A program made the position numbers and the translations under genes. A stretch of DNA of 39,452 nucleotides from a virus: IMG/VR virus record IMGVR_UViG_3300043392_000021, positions 1 to 39,452 of that record. One strand, 5' to 3'. Below the pieces are notes generated by a model. The model did no database searches, was not told the origin of the DNA, and saw only the letters and a program-made list of their open reading frames with translations. Below are positions 1-8,895 of this stretch, piece after piece (the first letter of the stretch is position 1; each line of letters begins with the position of its first letter).

Positions 1-127
1 TGGAACCCAGCGCCATCATCGAACTGTTCGAGCTGGACGCCACCGCGTTTGGCGGTGACCTGCTGCGGTTCCACGCCGGCACCAACGGCCTGCGGCAGAA
101 CCTGGTCTGGCAGGGCAACACCTACAC
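1..127. repeat. Terminal overlap copy 1 (identical to 39326-39452); marks a circularly closed contig
   Basis: Compared both window ends base by base: 127/127 identical. The repeat lies inside one ORF, and joining 39325 to 1 keeps that frame open. Confidence 0.95.
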
Positions 128-668
128 CGCATTCCCGGTCCAGGCGTCCGGGTTCGACCTGTCCGGCAACGGCCAGCTGCCACGCCCCAAGCTGCAGGTG
201 GCCAACGTTACCGGCGCCATCACCCTGCTGGTGCTGACCTACGACGACCTGCTGGGCGCCAAGGTCACCCGCAAGCGCACGCTGGCGAAATACCTGGACG
301 CGGTGAACTTCCCAGGCGCCACCAATCCGTCCGCCGACGCCACGGCCGAGTTTGCCGACGACGTGTTCTTCATCGACCGCAAGACGACCGAGACCCGCGA
401 CCTGGTGGAATTTGAACTGGCCGCCGTGTTCGACGTGGCCGGCGTGCAGCTTCCCCGCCGGCAGATCATCCAGAACGTCTGCACCTGGCGCTATCGCGGC
501 ACGGAATGCGGCTACACCGGCACCAACTACTTCGACGCCACCGACCAGCCGGTCGGCAGCGCTGGCCTGGACGTCTGCGCCAAGCGCCTGAGCAGCTGCG
601 AGGCGCGCTTTGGCACCAACAGCCCGCTGCCGTTCGGCAGCTTCCCAGCGGCCGGCCTGACCCGATGA
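1..668 (+). CDS. L: Minor tail protein L (lambda gpL family), 3' portion; the gene starts at 39286 across the circular junction
   Basis: The translation continues the 39286 ORF. gpL-like pattern: ...WQGNTYTAFPVQASGFDLSGNG...LDAVNF...CTWRYRGTECGYTG...CAKRLSSCEARFG (conserved Cys cluster). Stop TGA 666-668 overlaps the next ATG (ATGA). Confidence 0.9.
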   Translation, partial: EPSAIIELFELDATAFGGDLLRFHAGTNGLRQNLVWQGNTYTAFPVQASGFDLSGNGQLPRPKLQVANVTGAITLLVLTYDDLLGAKVTRKRTLAKYLDAVNFPGATNPSADATAEFADDVFFIDRKTTETRDLVEFELAAVFDVAGVQLPRRQIIQNVCTWRYRGTECGYTGTNYFDATDQPVGSAGLDVCAKRLSSCEARFGTNSPLPFGSFPAAGLTR

Positions 669-1375
669 CCTGGCGCGACGAGGCCATCCAGCACGCCATT
701 GCCGAAATGCCACGCGAGGCCTGCGGCCTGGTGGTCATCATCAAGGGCCGCGAACGTTACCGGCCCTGCCGGAACATGGCCATCGGCACCGATCAGTTCA
801 TCATGGACCCGGCCGACTACGCCGAGGCCGACGCCCTGGGCGACATCATGGCGGTGGTGCATTCGCACCCCAACGGGCCAGCCAGCCCGTCGCAGGCCGA
901 CCTGGTGTCCTGCGAGGCCACAGGGCTGCCGTGGCACATCGTCAGCGTGCCAGGCGGCCAGTGGCACTACATGGAGCCGACCGGCTACCAGGCGCCCCTG
1001 GTGGGCCGCGAGTGGTCGCACAGCGTGCTGGACTGCTACAGCCTGATCCGCGACTGGTTCGCGCAGGAGCGTGGCATCGCCCTGCCCGAATTCGCCCGCC
1101 AGGACGAGTGGTGGCTGCGTGGCGGCGACCTTTACCTGGACGGTTTCCCGCGCGCAGGGTTCCGTGAGATCGCCCCGGCGGACATGGATGAAGGTGACGT
1201 CATCCTGATGCGAGTGGCCAGCCCGGTGCCGAACCATGGGGCTGTTTACCTGGGCGATAATCGCATCATCCACCACGTCCAGAACCGCCTGTCATGCCGC
1301 GACATCTACAGCGAGTTCTGGCGCCAACGAACAACGCATGTGCTGAGACATGAGAACCATCATTCTGCTGGGTGA
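665..1375 (+). CDS. K: Tail tip assembly protein K (JAB/MPN + NlpC/P60 domains)
   Basis: ATG 665 overlaps the L stop. JAMM motif HSHPNGPASPSQAD. NlpC/P60-like LDCYSL...NHGAVYLGDNRIIHH. Sits in the lambda K position between L and I. Confidence 0.9.
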   Translation: MTWRDEAIQHAIAEMPREACGLVVIIKGRERYRPCRNMAIGTDQFIMDPADYAEADALGDIMAVVHSHPNGPASPSQADLVSCEATGLPWHIVSVPGGQWHYMEPTGYQAPLVGREWSHSVLDCYSLIRDWFAQERGIALPEFARQDEWWLRGGDLYLDGFPRAGFREIAPADMDEGDVILMRVASPVPNHGAVYLGDNRIIHHVQNRLSCRDIYSEFWRQRTTHVLRHENHHSAG

Positions 1376-1934
1376 ATTGGGCAAGCGATACGGCCGCCGC
1401 CATCAGCTGGACGTCAAGTCGCCAGCCGAAGCCGTCCGCGCGCTGTGCGCCAACTTCAAGGACTTCGCCGCGTTCGTTTCTTCGTCAACTGAGCGCAACA
1501 TCGGCTATCGCGTGCTGAACATGCGCGAGGAAGTCGGTGAGGACGAACTGCACAACCCCGCCGGCCAGCGCATCGCCATCGTGCCGGTGGTGGTCGGTGC
1601 TGGTGGCGCCCTGGGCAAGATCCTGCTGGGCGCCGCGCTGATCTTCGCGGCCACGTTCAACCCTTTCATCTTCCTGGGCGGGTCGGCCCTGCTGACCGGT
1701 GTCGTTGGCCAGATCGCGTTCGGCGTCGGCGTGTCGCTGGCCCTGAACGGCGTGTCGCAGCTGCTGGCGCCGACCAAGAAGGACGAGGAAAAGAAAGAGG
1801 ACAATTCCTACGTGTTCAACGGCGCGGTCAACACCACCACGCAGGGCCAGCCGGTTCCGCTTGGCTACGGCCGCATGATCGTGGGCAGCGCCATCATCAG
1901 CGCCGGCGTCAACGTGGAGGACATTGAGGTATGA
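1350..1934 (+). CDS. I: Tail assembly protein I (ubiquitin-like N-terminus, hydrophobic Gly-rich C-terminus)
   Basis: 194 aa. N-terminus MRTIILLGELGKRYG...; Gly/Ala-rich hydrophobic segment; ...PLGYGRMIVGSAIISAGV typical of the lambda I family. Synteny K-I-J. ATGA overlap with J. Confidence 0.85.
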   Translation: MRTIILLGELGKRYGRRHQLDVKSPAEAVRALCANFKDFAAFVSSSTERNIGYRVLNMREEVGEDELHNPAGQRIAIVPVVVGAGGALGKILLGAALIFAATFNPFIFLGGSALLTGVVGQIAFGVGVSLALNGVSQLLAPTKKDEEKKEDNSYVFNGAVNTTTQGQPVPLGYGRMIVGSAIISAGVNVEDIEV

Positions 1935-4900
1935 CGACACTGCGTTCGCGCGCCTATGGCCGCATCCTGGACCTGGTGTCCGAAGGCGAGATCGAGGGCC
2001 TGGTGGACGGCGCCAAGTCCATCTACCTGGACGACACGCCGCTGCAGAACCCGAACGGGTCCTACAACTTCCAGAACGTCACCTACGAAACCAGGTCCGG
2101 CAGCAACGACCAAAGCCACATCGCTGGTTTCCCGTCGGTCGAGGCCGAGAGCGTGGTCGGCCTGGAGGTCAAGAAGTCCGCATCGGTCACGCGCACGATT
2201 TCCAATCCCGACGTGGACGCGGTGCGTGTCACGGTTTCCCTGCCGGCGCTGTATCGGCAACAGGACGACGGCGACCTTAAGGGCACGTCCGTCAGCATCG
2301 CCATCGACGTGCAGAGCAATGGCGGCGGTTTTGTCCCGCAGATCATTTCCCGCCAATACCTGACCGAAACCACAACGATCAGCGCCGGCACGTTCAGGTC
2401 CGTGAGTTCCAACGTCTACGGCATGGCCCTGACCGTGCAGTGGGGCAATGTGGCCATCGACGAGATAACAAACGCCCCTGGGTTCGACGAAAGCATCCAT
2501 GTGGTGCAATACAAGGCATCGTCGGCCAGCACCTGGATCACCACGGACATCCGCCGCGTCATCGGTGAGAACAACACCGAAGCCACGTTCTACACCCCGA
2601 CGCTGCCGGCTGGTCAATATGACATCCGGGTCATCGCCACGGTGGGAACCAACCTGCCTCCTATCATTTCGGCATCCGCAGCCACCGGGTCGCCCTATGA
2701 CGTCATCAGCGGCAAGGCGCAGAGCAAATACCAGCGCAGCTATCGCGTCCAACTGTCCGGGTCTGGCCCGTGGGACATTCGCGTGCGCCGACTGACGGAC
2801 GACACCACCAGCCCCAAGATCCAGAACAAAACCTACTGGGACGGCTACACCGAGATCATCGACGCCAAGCTGCGCTACCCCAACAGCGCGCTGGTGGCCC
2901 TGAAGTTCGATGCGTCATCGTTCAGCGGCATCCCGCGCCGCGCCTATGACCTGAAGCTGCGCCGGGTCCAGGTGCCAATCAACTACAACCCCGTCACCAG
3001 GGCCTACACCGGCACCTGGAACGGCACGTTCAAGACAGCATGGACCGACAATCCGGCCTGGTGCTTCTATGACCTTGTGACCAATCCGCGCTACGGCCTG
3101 GGCGGGTTTGTTGACCCGGCCCAGGTGGACAAGTGGGCACTGTATTCCATCGGGCAATACTGCGACGAACTGGTGGACGACGGGTTCGGCGGCACCGAGC
3201 CGCGATTCACCTGCAACATCTACATGCAGAGCCGCGCCGAGGCCTACAAGGTGGTCCAGGACATGGCGTCCTGTTTCCGGTCGATGGTTTACTGGGCGTC
3301 CGGCAGCCTGACGCTATCCCAGGACGCGCCCAGCGACCCGGTGGCCCTGTTCACGCAGTCGAACGTGGTGGACGGCCTGTTCACCTATTCCGGCAGCAGC
3401 GCCAAGGCGCGGCACACCGTGGCGCTGGTCAGCTGGAACGACCCGGCCGACCTTTACAAGCAGAAGGTGGAATACGTCGAGGACCAGGACGCCATCGCCC
3501 GCTTTGGCGTGGTGCAGACCGAGATCGTGGCCACCGGCTGCACCAGTCGCGGCCAGGCCGCGCGCGTGGGCCGCTGGCTGCTGTATTCCGAGCGCTACGA
3601 GTCCGAGACGGTGACGTTCCGCACCGGCATCGAGGGCGCAGTGGCCAAGCCTGGCCAGATCGTCAAGGTGGCCGACGCATCGCGCGCCGGCGTGCGTCTT
3701 GGCGGCCGCGTCCGCAGCGCCACCACGTCGGCCATCACCCTAGACGCCCCTGTCACGCTTGGCACAGCCAGCTGGACCATCTACGCCATGCTGCCCGACG
3801 GCACCGTGGCCCAGGGGCAGGTGGCAAGCGCCAGCGGCAACACCGTGAACTTGGCGGCGCCGATCAGCGCAGCCCCGCAGCCTGGCGCCCAATGGATCAT
3901 GTCGGCCAGCAGCGTCGAGGCGCAAACCTTCCGCGTGCTGAGTGCTGTCGAGCAGGACCAGGGCATCGTGGAGATCACAGCGCTGCGGCACGACCCGGAC
4001 AAATACGACGCGGTCGAGAACGGCCTGGTGCTGCAGCCGCGCGACATCACCGAACTGACGCCTGTGCCGGCTGCGCCGACGGACCTGGTGGCCGCCGAGA
4101 ACCTTTACACCTACCAGGCCGAGGTTCGGGCCATGGTGAACATCGGCTGGAGCAACGTCCATGGCGCCAGCACCTACCGCGTGCAGTGGAGCAAGGACGA
4201 CGGCAACTTCGCAGAAGCTATCACCAGCACCAGCGACTACGACATCCTGGACATCACGCCCGGCACGTTCGTGGTGCGGGTCTATTCCATCGGCCCGACC
4301 GGCAAGCAGTCGGCCACCTATGCCGAGGCCACCATCACAGCGCTGGGCAAGACCGCGCCGCCGGCCAACGTGGTGAACCTGGCGTCCAGCATCGACAAGG
4401 ACATCGGCGTCACGCTGACCTGGGACAAGGTGGCCGACCTGGACCTGGACGTCTACGAGATCCGCCAGGGAACCAACTGGGACACGGCCACCGTCATCGG
4501 CCAGGTCAAGGCCACGGTCTACACCCTGGGCTACATCCCGACGGGCGGCCAGACCTACCTGGTGAAGGCGCTGGACACCACTGGCAACTACAGCACAACG
4601 GCTGCAGCCATCACGGTCAGCCTGTCGGCGCCAACCGCTGTGAGCCTGACGCAAGAGGTGATCGACAACAACGTGCTGCTGCGCTGGACCGCATCGAGCG
4701 CGTCGCTGACCATCCGCCACTACCTGGTGCGCCGTGGTTCCACCTGGGCCGGCGCCACCGAGATCGGAACCGTGGCCGGCTTGTTCAGCGCGATTTTTGA
4801 GACCGTCGCCGGCACGTTCACCTACTGGGTGGCCGCCGTGGACCTGGCTGGCAACGTGGGCACGCCGACGCCCGTCAGCGCCCTGGTGAGCCAGCCGCCG

Positions 4901-5614
4901 GACTACCAGCTGAAGCTGAACCAGAACAGCACGTTCAGCGGCACCAAGTCGAACATGGCGGCCATGGATGGCGCCTACCTGGCCCCGGCAGACACCAGCG
5001 AGACCTGGCAGAGTCACTTCACCAGCCGAGGCTGGACGACGCCACAGGACCAGATCAACGCCGGGTTCCCGGTCTACGCCATGCCGGCGCCGACCAGCGG
5101 CTACTACGAGGAAATCATCGACTACGGGTCCGTCCTGGCCAGCACCAAGATCGGCGTCACGCTGTCCTATGTGACGAGCGCCGGCACGGTCACCGTCACA
5201 CCCACCATCAGCGTGCGCAAGCTGACCACCGACCCGTGGACCAACTACGCTGGCCTGTCGTCGGTGTTCGCCACGGACTTCCGCTATGTGAAGGTCCGAT
5301 TCGACTTCGCCGGCAGCGGGAATGACGACTTCATCACCATCACCGGCATGAACGTGCGCATGGACGTCAAGCTGAAGAACGACGCCGGCACTGGCACGGC
5401 GGTGTCCACCGACAGCGGCGGCACCCCGGTGAACTTTAATGTGAGTTTCATCGACATCGAGAGCATTACCGTGACGCCATCGGGCACAGCGGCGCGGATT
5501 GCGGTTTATGATTTCGTTGACGTTCCCAATCCAACAAGTTTCAAAGTTCTATTGTTCGACACAGCCGGCAACCGCGTCAGCGGCGGGTTCAGCTGGTCGG
5601 CCAAGGGGGTCTAA
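1931..5614 (+). CDS. J: Tail tip / host specificity protein J with fibronectin-III-like repeats
   Basis: 1227 aa. N-terminus RILDLVSEGEIEGLVDGAKSIYLDDTPLQNPNGSYNFQNV... and the central YDLKLRRVQVPINY...WTDNPAWCFYDLVTNPRYGLG match the gpJ pattern. About three FN3-like repeats (e.g. YRVQWSKDDGNF..., VYEIRQGTNWDTA..., YLVRRGSTWAGA...). Confidence 0.92.
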   Translation: MTTLRSRAYGRILDLVSEGEIEGLVDGAKSIYLDDTPLQNPNGSYNFQNVTYETRSGSNDQSHIAGFPSVEAESVVGLEVKKSASVTRTISNPDVDAVRVTVSLPALYRQQDDGDLKGTSVSIAIDVQSNGGGFVPQIISRQYLTETTTISAGTFRSVSSNVYGMALTVQWGNVAIDEITNAPGFDESIHVVQYKASSASTWITTDIRRVIGENNTEATFYTPTLPAGQYDIRVIATVGTNLPPIISASAATGSPYDVISGKAQSKYQRSYRVQLSGSGPWDIRVRRLTDDTTSPKIQNKTYWDGYTEIIDAKLRYPNSALVALKFDASSFSGIPRRAYDLKLRRVQVPINYNPVTRAYTGTWNGTFKTAWTDNPAWCFYDLVTNPRYGLGGFVDPAQVDKWALYSIGQYCDELVDDGFGGTEPRFTCNIYMQSRAEAYKVVQDMASCFRSMVYWASGSLTLSQDAPSDPVALFTQSNVVDGLFTYSGSSAKARHTVALVSWNDPADLYKQKVEYVEDQDAIARFGVVQTEIVATGCTSRGQAARVGRWLLYSERYESETVTFRTGIEGAVAKPGQIVKVADASRAGVRLGGRVRSATTSAITLDAPVTLGTASWTIYAMLPDGTVAQGQVASASGNTVNLAAPISAAPQPGAQWIMSASSVEAQTFRVLSAVEQDQGIVEITALRHDPDKYDAVENGLVLQPRDITELTPVPAAPTDLVAAENLYTYQAEVRAMVNIGWSNVHGASTYRVQWSKDDGNFAEAITSTSDYDILDITPGTFVVRVYSIGPTGKQSATYAEATITALGKTAPPANVVNLASSIDKDIGVTLTWDKVADLDLDVYEIRQGTNWDTATVIGQVKATVYTLGYIPTGGQTYLVKALDTTGNYSTTAAAITVSLSAPTAVSLTQEVIDNNVLLRWTASSASLTIRHYLVRRGSTWAGATEIGTVAGLFSAIFETVAGTFTYWVAAVDLAGNVGTPTPVSALVSQPPDYQLKLNQNSTFSGTKSNMAAMDGAYLAPADTSETWQSHFTSRGWTTPQDQINAGFPVYAMPAPTSGYYEEIIDYGSVLASTKIGVTLSYVTSAGTVTVTPTISVRKLTTDPWTNYAGLSSVFATDFRYVKVRFDFAGSGNDDFITITGMNVRMDVKLKNDAGTGTAVSTDSGGTPVNFNVSFIDIESITVTPSGTAARIAVYDFVDVPNPTSFKVLLFDTAGNRVSGGFSWSAKGV

Positions 5615-6454
5615 ATGGCGAACTGGGCCAATCCAACACTTACCAGCACTTACACAAACTTCGTCACCGAGGTGAAGGACCGCGACGTCGAAGTCGCGCT
5701 GTGGTTTGAGGGCGCATCGCCCACGAACCTGCCGACCAACGCCAAGCGCCTGAACACGTCCACCGGCCGCTTCGAGAAGTGGAACGGCAGCGACTGGGTG
5801 GACGCGGTGGCCACGTTCACATTCCCCGCCCTGTCGGTCGCTGGCACCCTGGCGGTGACCGGCGCGGCCACGTTCAGCAGCACCGTGGCGCTGTCCGCAG
5901 ACCCGACCACCGCGCTGCAGGCGGCGACCAAGCAATACGTCGACAACGGCCTGACGCCGAAGGCCAACCTGGCCAGCCCAACGTTCACCGGCACGCCGGC
6001 GGCGCCGACGGCAGCCGTGGACACCAACACCACGCAACTGGCCACGACGGCGTTCGTGATCGGCCAGGGCTACGCGAAGCTGGCGTCGCCCACGTTCACC
6101 GGCACGGTGACCGCAGCAGCGCTGACCGCCACCGGCCAGGTGACGTTCAGCAGCACCGGCGCGGCCGTCCTGAACAAGGGCACCACGGCACAGCGCCCGA
6201 CGCCGGTGTCCGGCATGCTGCGGTTCAACACCACCGACAACAAGTTCGAGGGCTACAACGGCAGCGCCTGGGGCAGCATCGGCGGCGGCGCAACCGGTGG
6301 CGGGTCTGACGACATCTTCTACGAGAACGGCCAGACCGTCACGACCAGCTACAGCATCACGTCCGGCAAAAACGCTATGTCGGCCGGTCCCGTTACAATC
6401 GCGTCCGGCGTCACCGTCACGGTGCCGTCGGGCAGCACCTGGGTGGTGATCTAA
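5615..6454 (+). CDS. Tail fibre protein
   Basis: 279 aa, immediately after J. Duplicated fibre motif LASPTFTGTPAAPTAAVDTNTTQLATTAFV / LASPTFTGTVTAAAL. Also RFNTTDNKFEGYNGSAWGSIGG and the C-terminal ...GVTVTVPSGSTWVVI typical of phage fibres. Confidence 0.8.
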   Translation: MANWANPTLTSTYTNFVTEVKDRDVEVALWFEGASPTNLPTNAKRLNTSTGRFEKWNGSDWVDAVATFTFPALSVAGTLAVTGAATFSSTVALSADPTTALQAATKQYVDNGLTPKANLASPTFTGTPAAPTAAVDTNTTQLATTAFVIGQGYAKLASPTFTGTVTAAALTATGQVTFSSTGAAVLNKGTTAQRPTPVSGMLRFNTTDNKFEGYNGSAWGSIGGGATGGGSDDIFYENGQTVTTSYSITSGKNAMSAGPVTIASGVTVTVPSGSTWVVI

Positions 6455-6811
6455 ATGTCCATTCTCAAAGTCAACGCAGTCCAAGGCACCGACGGCATCG
6501 AGCGCTACCTGGCGCGCGCCTGGGTGAACTTCAACGGCACCGGAACCGTGGCGATCCGCGCCAGCGGCAATGTGTCGAGCATCACCGACAACGGCACCGG
6601 CAACTACCGGATCAACTTCACCAACGCCATGCCCGACGCCAATTTCGCATTCAGCGGCGGCTACAAGGCTGCAGACGACAGCACCGGCAGCAATTCGGAC
6701 GGCAACATCGCGCCGTTTTCGTTTTCCACGACTGGCGTCAGCGTCCTGACGCTGAACGGCGCGGCTGCTGTCAATGACTGCGCCATCGTCTGCGCAGCGA
6801 TCTACCGATAA
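6455..6811 (+). CDS. Small fibre-associated protein, paralogue 1 (putative receptor-binding tip)
   Basis: 118 aa. The ATG directly abuts the fibre stop. Shares AWVNF(N/G)GTGTVAIR.S.NV.S.TDNGTG.Y...FTN and the C-terminal CAA..R with 6821-7204. N-terminus MSILKVNAVQ resembles the next two ORFs. Confidence 0.7.
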   Translation: MSILKVNAVQGTDGIERYLARAWVNFNGTGTVAIRASGNVSSITDNGTGNYRINFTNAMPDANFAFSGGYKAADDSTGSNSDGNIAPFSFSTTGVSVLTLNGAAAVNDCAIVCAAIYR

Positions 6812-6820
6812 GGCGACACC

Positions 6821-7204
6821 ATGAGCATCGCAAAATTCGACACCCTGCAGAACGCCGCTGGCAGCAAGTCCGTGCCGGTGGCCACCGTGGTCGATGGCAG
6901 CGCCAAGGCGTGGGTGAACTTTGGCGGCACTGGCACGGTGGCAATCCGGTCCAGCTTCAACGTCACCAGCGTGACCGACAACGGCACCGGCGACTACACC
7001 GTGCTGTTCACCAACACCCTGGCCGACAGCAACATTGCATTGGCAGGCATGGGGCGGCGTTCCACAGCCGGCACCAACATTGCCCAGCTGGAACTCGCGG
7101 CCAGTTCCGGAAGCTATGGCAACTGGGGGTTCCAGGTCAAAATTTTCGACAACGCCGGCGCCCAGGTGGACGCCGAGTCCGTCATGTGCGCGGCGTTCCG
7201 ATAA
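6821..7204 (+). CDS. Small fibre-associated protein, paralogue 2 (putative receptor-binding tip)
   Basis: 127 aa. Clear paralogue of 6455-6811 (KAWVNFGGTGTVAIRSSFNVTSVTDNGTGDYTVLFTN...MCAAFR). N-terminus MSIAKFDTLQ. Confidence 0.7.
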   Translation: MSIAKFDTLQNAAGSKSVPVATVVDGSAKAWVNFGGTGTVAIRSSFNVTSVTDNGTGDYTVLFTNTLADSNIALAGMGRRSTAGTNIAQLELAASSGSYGNWGFQVKIFDNAGAQVDAESVMCAAFR

Positions 7205-7225
7205 TCAGAAAGGCAGGGCCGATGT

Positions 7226-7543
7226 GTGAGCACACTCAAAGTCAACAACATTCAAACCACCGCTGGCGTGGACCAGTTCGCAAACCTGGAGGCGTCCAGC
7301 GGCTACCAAAAACTGCCAGGCGGACTGATTATTCAGTGGGGAATTGGCGCAGCCAACACGGCGGTCACGTTCCCCATTGCGTTTCCTACTGCTGTTTTGA
7401 ATTGCGTGGTCACCACCAATTCCAGCAACACCGCCAGTAGCAACATTTCGCACGCGCATTTCCACCTGGCCACGCTGACCACGACTGGGTTCACGCGGAC
7501 CAATGACACCTACGGCTGCCGCTACATCGCCATTGGCTACTAA
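7226..7543 (+). CDS. Small fibre-tip protein (gp53-like C-terminal fibre domain type)
   Basis: GTG start. 105 aa. N-terminus MSTLKVNNIQTTAG is shared with the two upstream ORFs. LPGGLIIQWG...VTFPIAFPTAVLNCV is a motif I associate with phage tail-fibre C-terminal domains. Confidence 0.65.
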   Translation: MSTLKVNNIQTTAGVDQFANLEASSGYQKLPGGLIIQWGIGAANTAVTFPIAFPTAVLNCVVTTNSSNTASSNISHAHFHLATLTTTGFTRTNDTYGCRYIAIGY

Positions 7544-7555
7544 GAGGACCACACC

Positions 7556-7750
7556 ATGCAAGACAAGCGCATCATCTACCCCACGCCCGACGGCGGCGTG
7601 GCAATCATCATCCCGGCGCCCGACTGCGGCCTGAGCATCGAGGAAATCGCCCGCAAGGACGTGCCCGCCGGCGTGGACTACCGCATCGTTGACGTGTCGG
7701 ACATCCCGGCCGACCGCACGTTCCGCAACGCCTGGGAATATGGAGCCTAA
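7556..7750 (+). CDS. Hypothetical phage protein
   Basis: 64 aa. AAGAGGA ribosome-binding site a few nt upstream. GC-rich codon third positions consistent with neighbouring genes. Confidence 0.6.
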   Translation: MQDKRIIYPTPDGGVAIIIPAPDCGLSIEEIARKDVPAGVDYRIVDVSDIPADRTFRNAWEYGA

Positions 7751-7753
7751 GCC

Positions 7754-7975
7754 ATGATCCGCATCAACATCGAGAAAGCCAAGAACATCGCCCACGACGT
7801 GCGCCGCGCCAAGCGCGCCGAGGAATTCGCGCCGCTGGACGTCAAGGCCACCATCCCGGCCGAGGCCAAGGCAGCCGAGGCGGCCCGCCAGGCCGTGCGC
7901 GACAAGTATGCCGACATGCAGGCGGCCATCGACCAAGCGGCCACGCCGGACGAACTGAAAGCGATCATTTCGTGA
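7754..7975 (+). CDS. Hypothetical phage protein (Ala/Lys-rich helical)
   Basis: 73 aa. Starts 3 nt after the previous stop. Its stop overlaps the next GTG (GTGA). Confidence 0.55.
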   Translation: MIRINIEKAKNIAHDVRRAKRAEEFAPLDVKATIPAEAKAAEAARQAVRDKYADMQAAIDQAATPDELKAIIS

Positions 7976-8136
7976 CGTTCGTGCTGACACTGGACGAGCA
8001 GGACCTGGCGGTCATCGCCGCCGGTCTTGGCGAACTGCCGCTAAAGGTCGCCAAGGCGACCTTTGATAAAATCAACCAGCAGGTGGCGCAGCAGCCGCCT
8101 GAAGGCCACGACCAGGCTGTCGGCGGCACTGATTAA
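7972..8136 (+). CDS. Hypothetical small protein (54 aa, not in ORF track)
   Basis: GTG 7972 overlaps the upstream TGA (GTGA coupling). Open to TAA 8134-8136. Translation MTFVLTLDEQDLAVIAAGLGELPLKVAKATFDKINQQV... Fills an otherwise non-coding gap. Confidence 0.4.
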   Translation: MTFVLTLDEQDLAVIAAGLGELPLKVAKATFDKINQQVAQQPPEGHDQAVGGTD

Positions 8137-8155
8137 CGAACATTCAGACAGCATC

Positions 8156-8401
8156 ATGGAAAACCCCAGCATTCACCATGACCTTGGCCGACACGACGCG
8201 CAGATTGAGGGCCTTCAACAGCAGGTCAAGCAGCTGCACCGTGACATGCAGGCCATGAACGAAACGCTGGTGGAGATCAACCGCACGCTATCCGAGGCGC
8301 GCGGTGGCTGGAAAACCCTGATGCTTGTCGGAGGCATCGCGGCCGCTGTTGGCGCCACCATCGCCAAGCTGGCTACATGGTTTGGATGGGTCCCAAAATG
8401 A
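8156..8401 (+). CDS. Tail-anchored coiled-coil membrane protein (lysis-cassette associated)
   Basis: Internal ATG 8156 of track ORF 8063-8401. 81 aa. Helical N-terminus (QIEGLQQQVKQLHRDMQAMNETLVEINRTL) and one C-terminal TM (TLMLVGGIAAAVGATIAKLATWFGW). ATGA overlap with the next gene. Confidence 0.55.
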   Translation: MENPSIHHDLGRHDAQIEGLQQQVKQLHRDMQAMNETLVEINRTLSEARGGWKTLMLVGGIAAAVGATIAKLATWFGWVPK

Positions 8402-8895
8402 TCGAACTGCTGGGTGGTGGTGTCTTGGGCGGCCTGATCGGCGGCCTTCTGCGTTTGGCGCCCGAGGTCCTGAAGTGGGCCGACCGCAAGGACGAGCGCA
8501 AGCACGAACTGGACATGTTCAAGCAGCGCTGCGAACTGGAGCGCCATCGAGGCGACCAGCGCCTGGCCGAGATCGGCGCCCAGCACCAGGCCGACAACGA
8601 CGCCGGCGTCCTGGCGGCCTTCCAGGCGGCCATCGACAGCCAGGCCAACATGGCAGCAGCTGCGGGCGGCTGGGCTGCCAAGATCAGCGCAGCCGTGCGC
8701 CCCATCCTGACCTACTGGGCCTGGACCCTGTATTCGGCGGCGTTCCTGCTGCTGCTGTGGGTCACCTGGCAGGTGACGCGTGACCCGGTGCAGATCGTGA
8801 ACCTGGTGCTGACCGCCGACTTCATGGCGCTGCTGGCCGGCATCACGAACTACTGGTTCCTGGACCGCACCCTGAGCAAGCGCGGCCTGGCATGA
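8398..8895 (+). CDS. Putative holin (multi-TM membrane protein)
   Basis: ATG 8398 overlaps the upstream stop. 165 aa with hydrophobic segments at the N-terminus and two near the C-terminus (ILTYWAWTLYSAAFLLLLWVTW; IVNLVLTADFMALLAGITNYWFL). Directly precedes and overlaps the endolysin. Confidence 0.5.
   Translation: MIELLGGGVLGGLIGGLLRLAPEVLKWADRKDERKHELDMFKQRCELERHRGDQRLAEIGAQHQADNDAGVLAAFQAAIDSQANMAAAAGGWAAKISAAVRPILTYWAWTLYSAAFLLLLWVTWQVTRDPVQIVNLVLTADFMALLAGITNYWFLDRTLSKRGLA

Noticed and set aside
1-127. Biological direct terminal repeat (DTR) of the virion chromosome.
   Set aside because: The repeat cuts through the middle of the essential gpL ORF and is exactly 127 bp, a standard assembler k-mer length. 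The gpA/Nu1-type terminase predicts cos ends elsewhere.
5615-7543. Diversity-generating retroelement (TR/VR pair) acting on the paralogous fibre genes.
   Set aside because: There is no reverse transcriptase ORF anywhere in the genome. The two paralogues differ at all base types, not specifically at adenines, and there is no near-identical template repeat.
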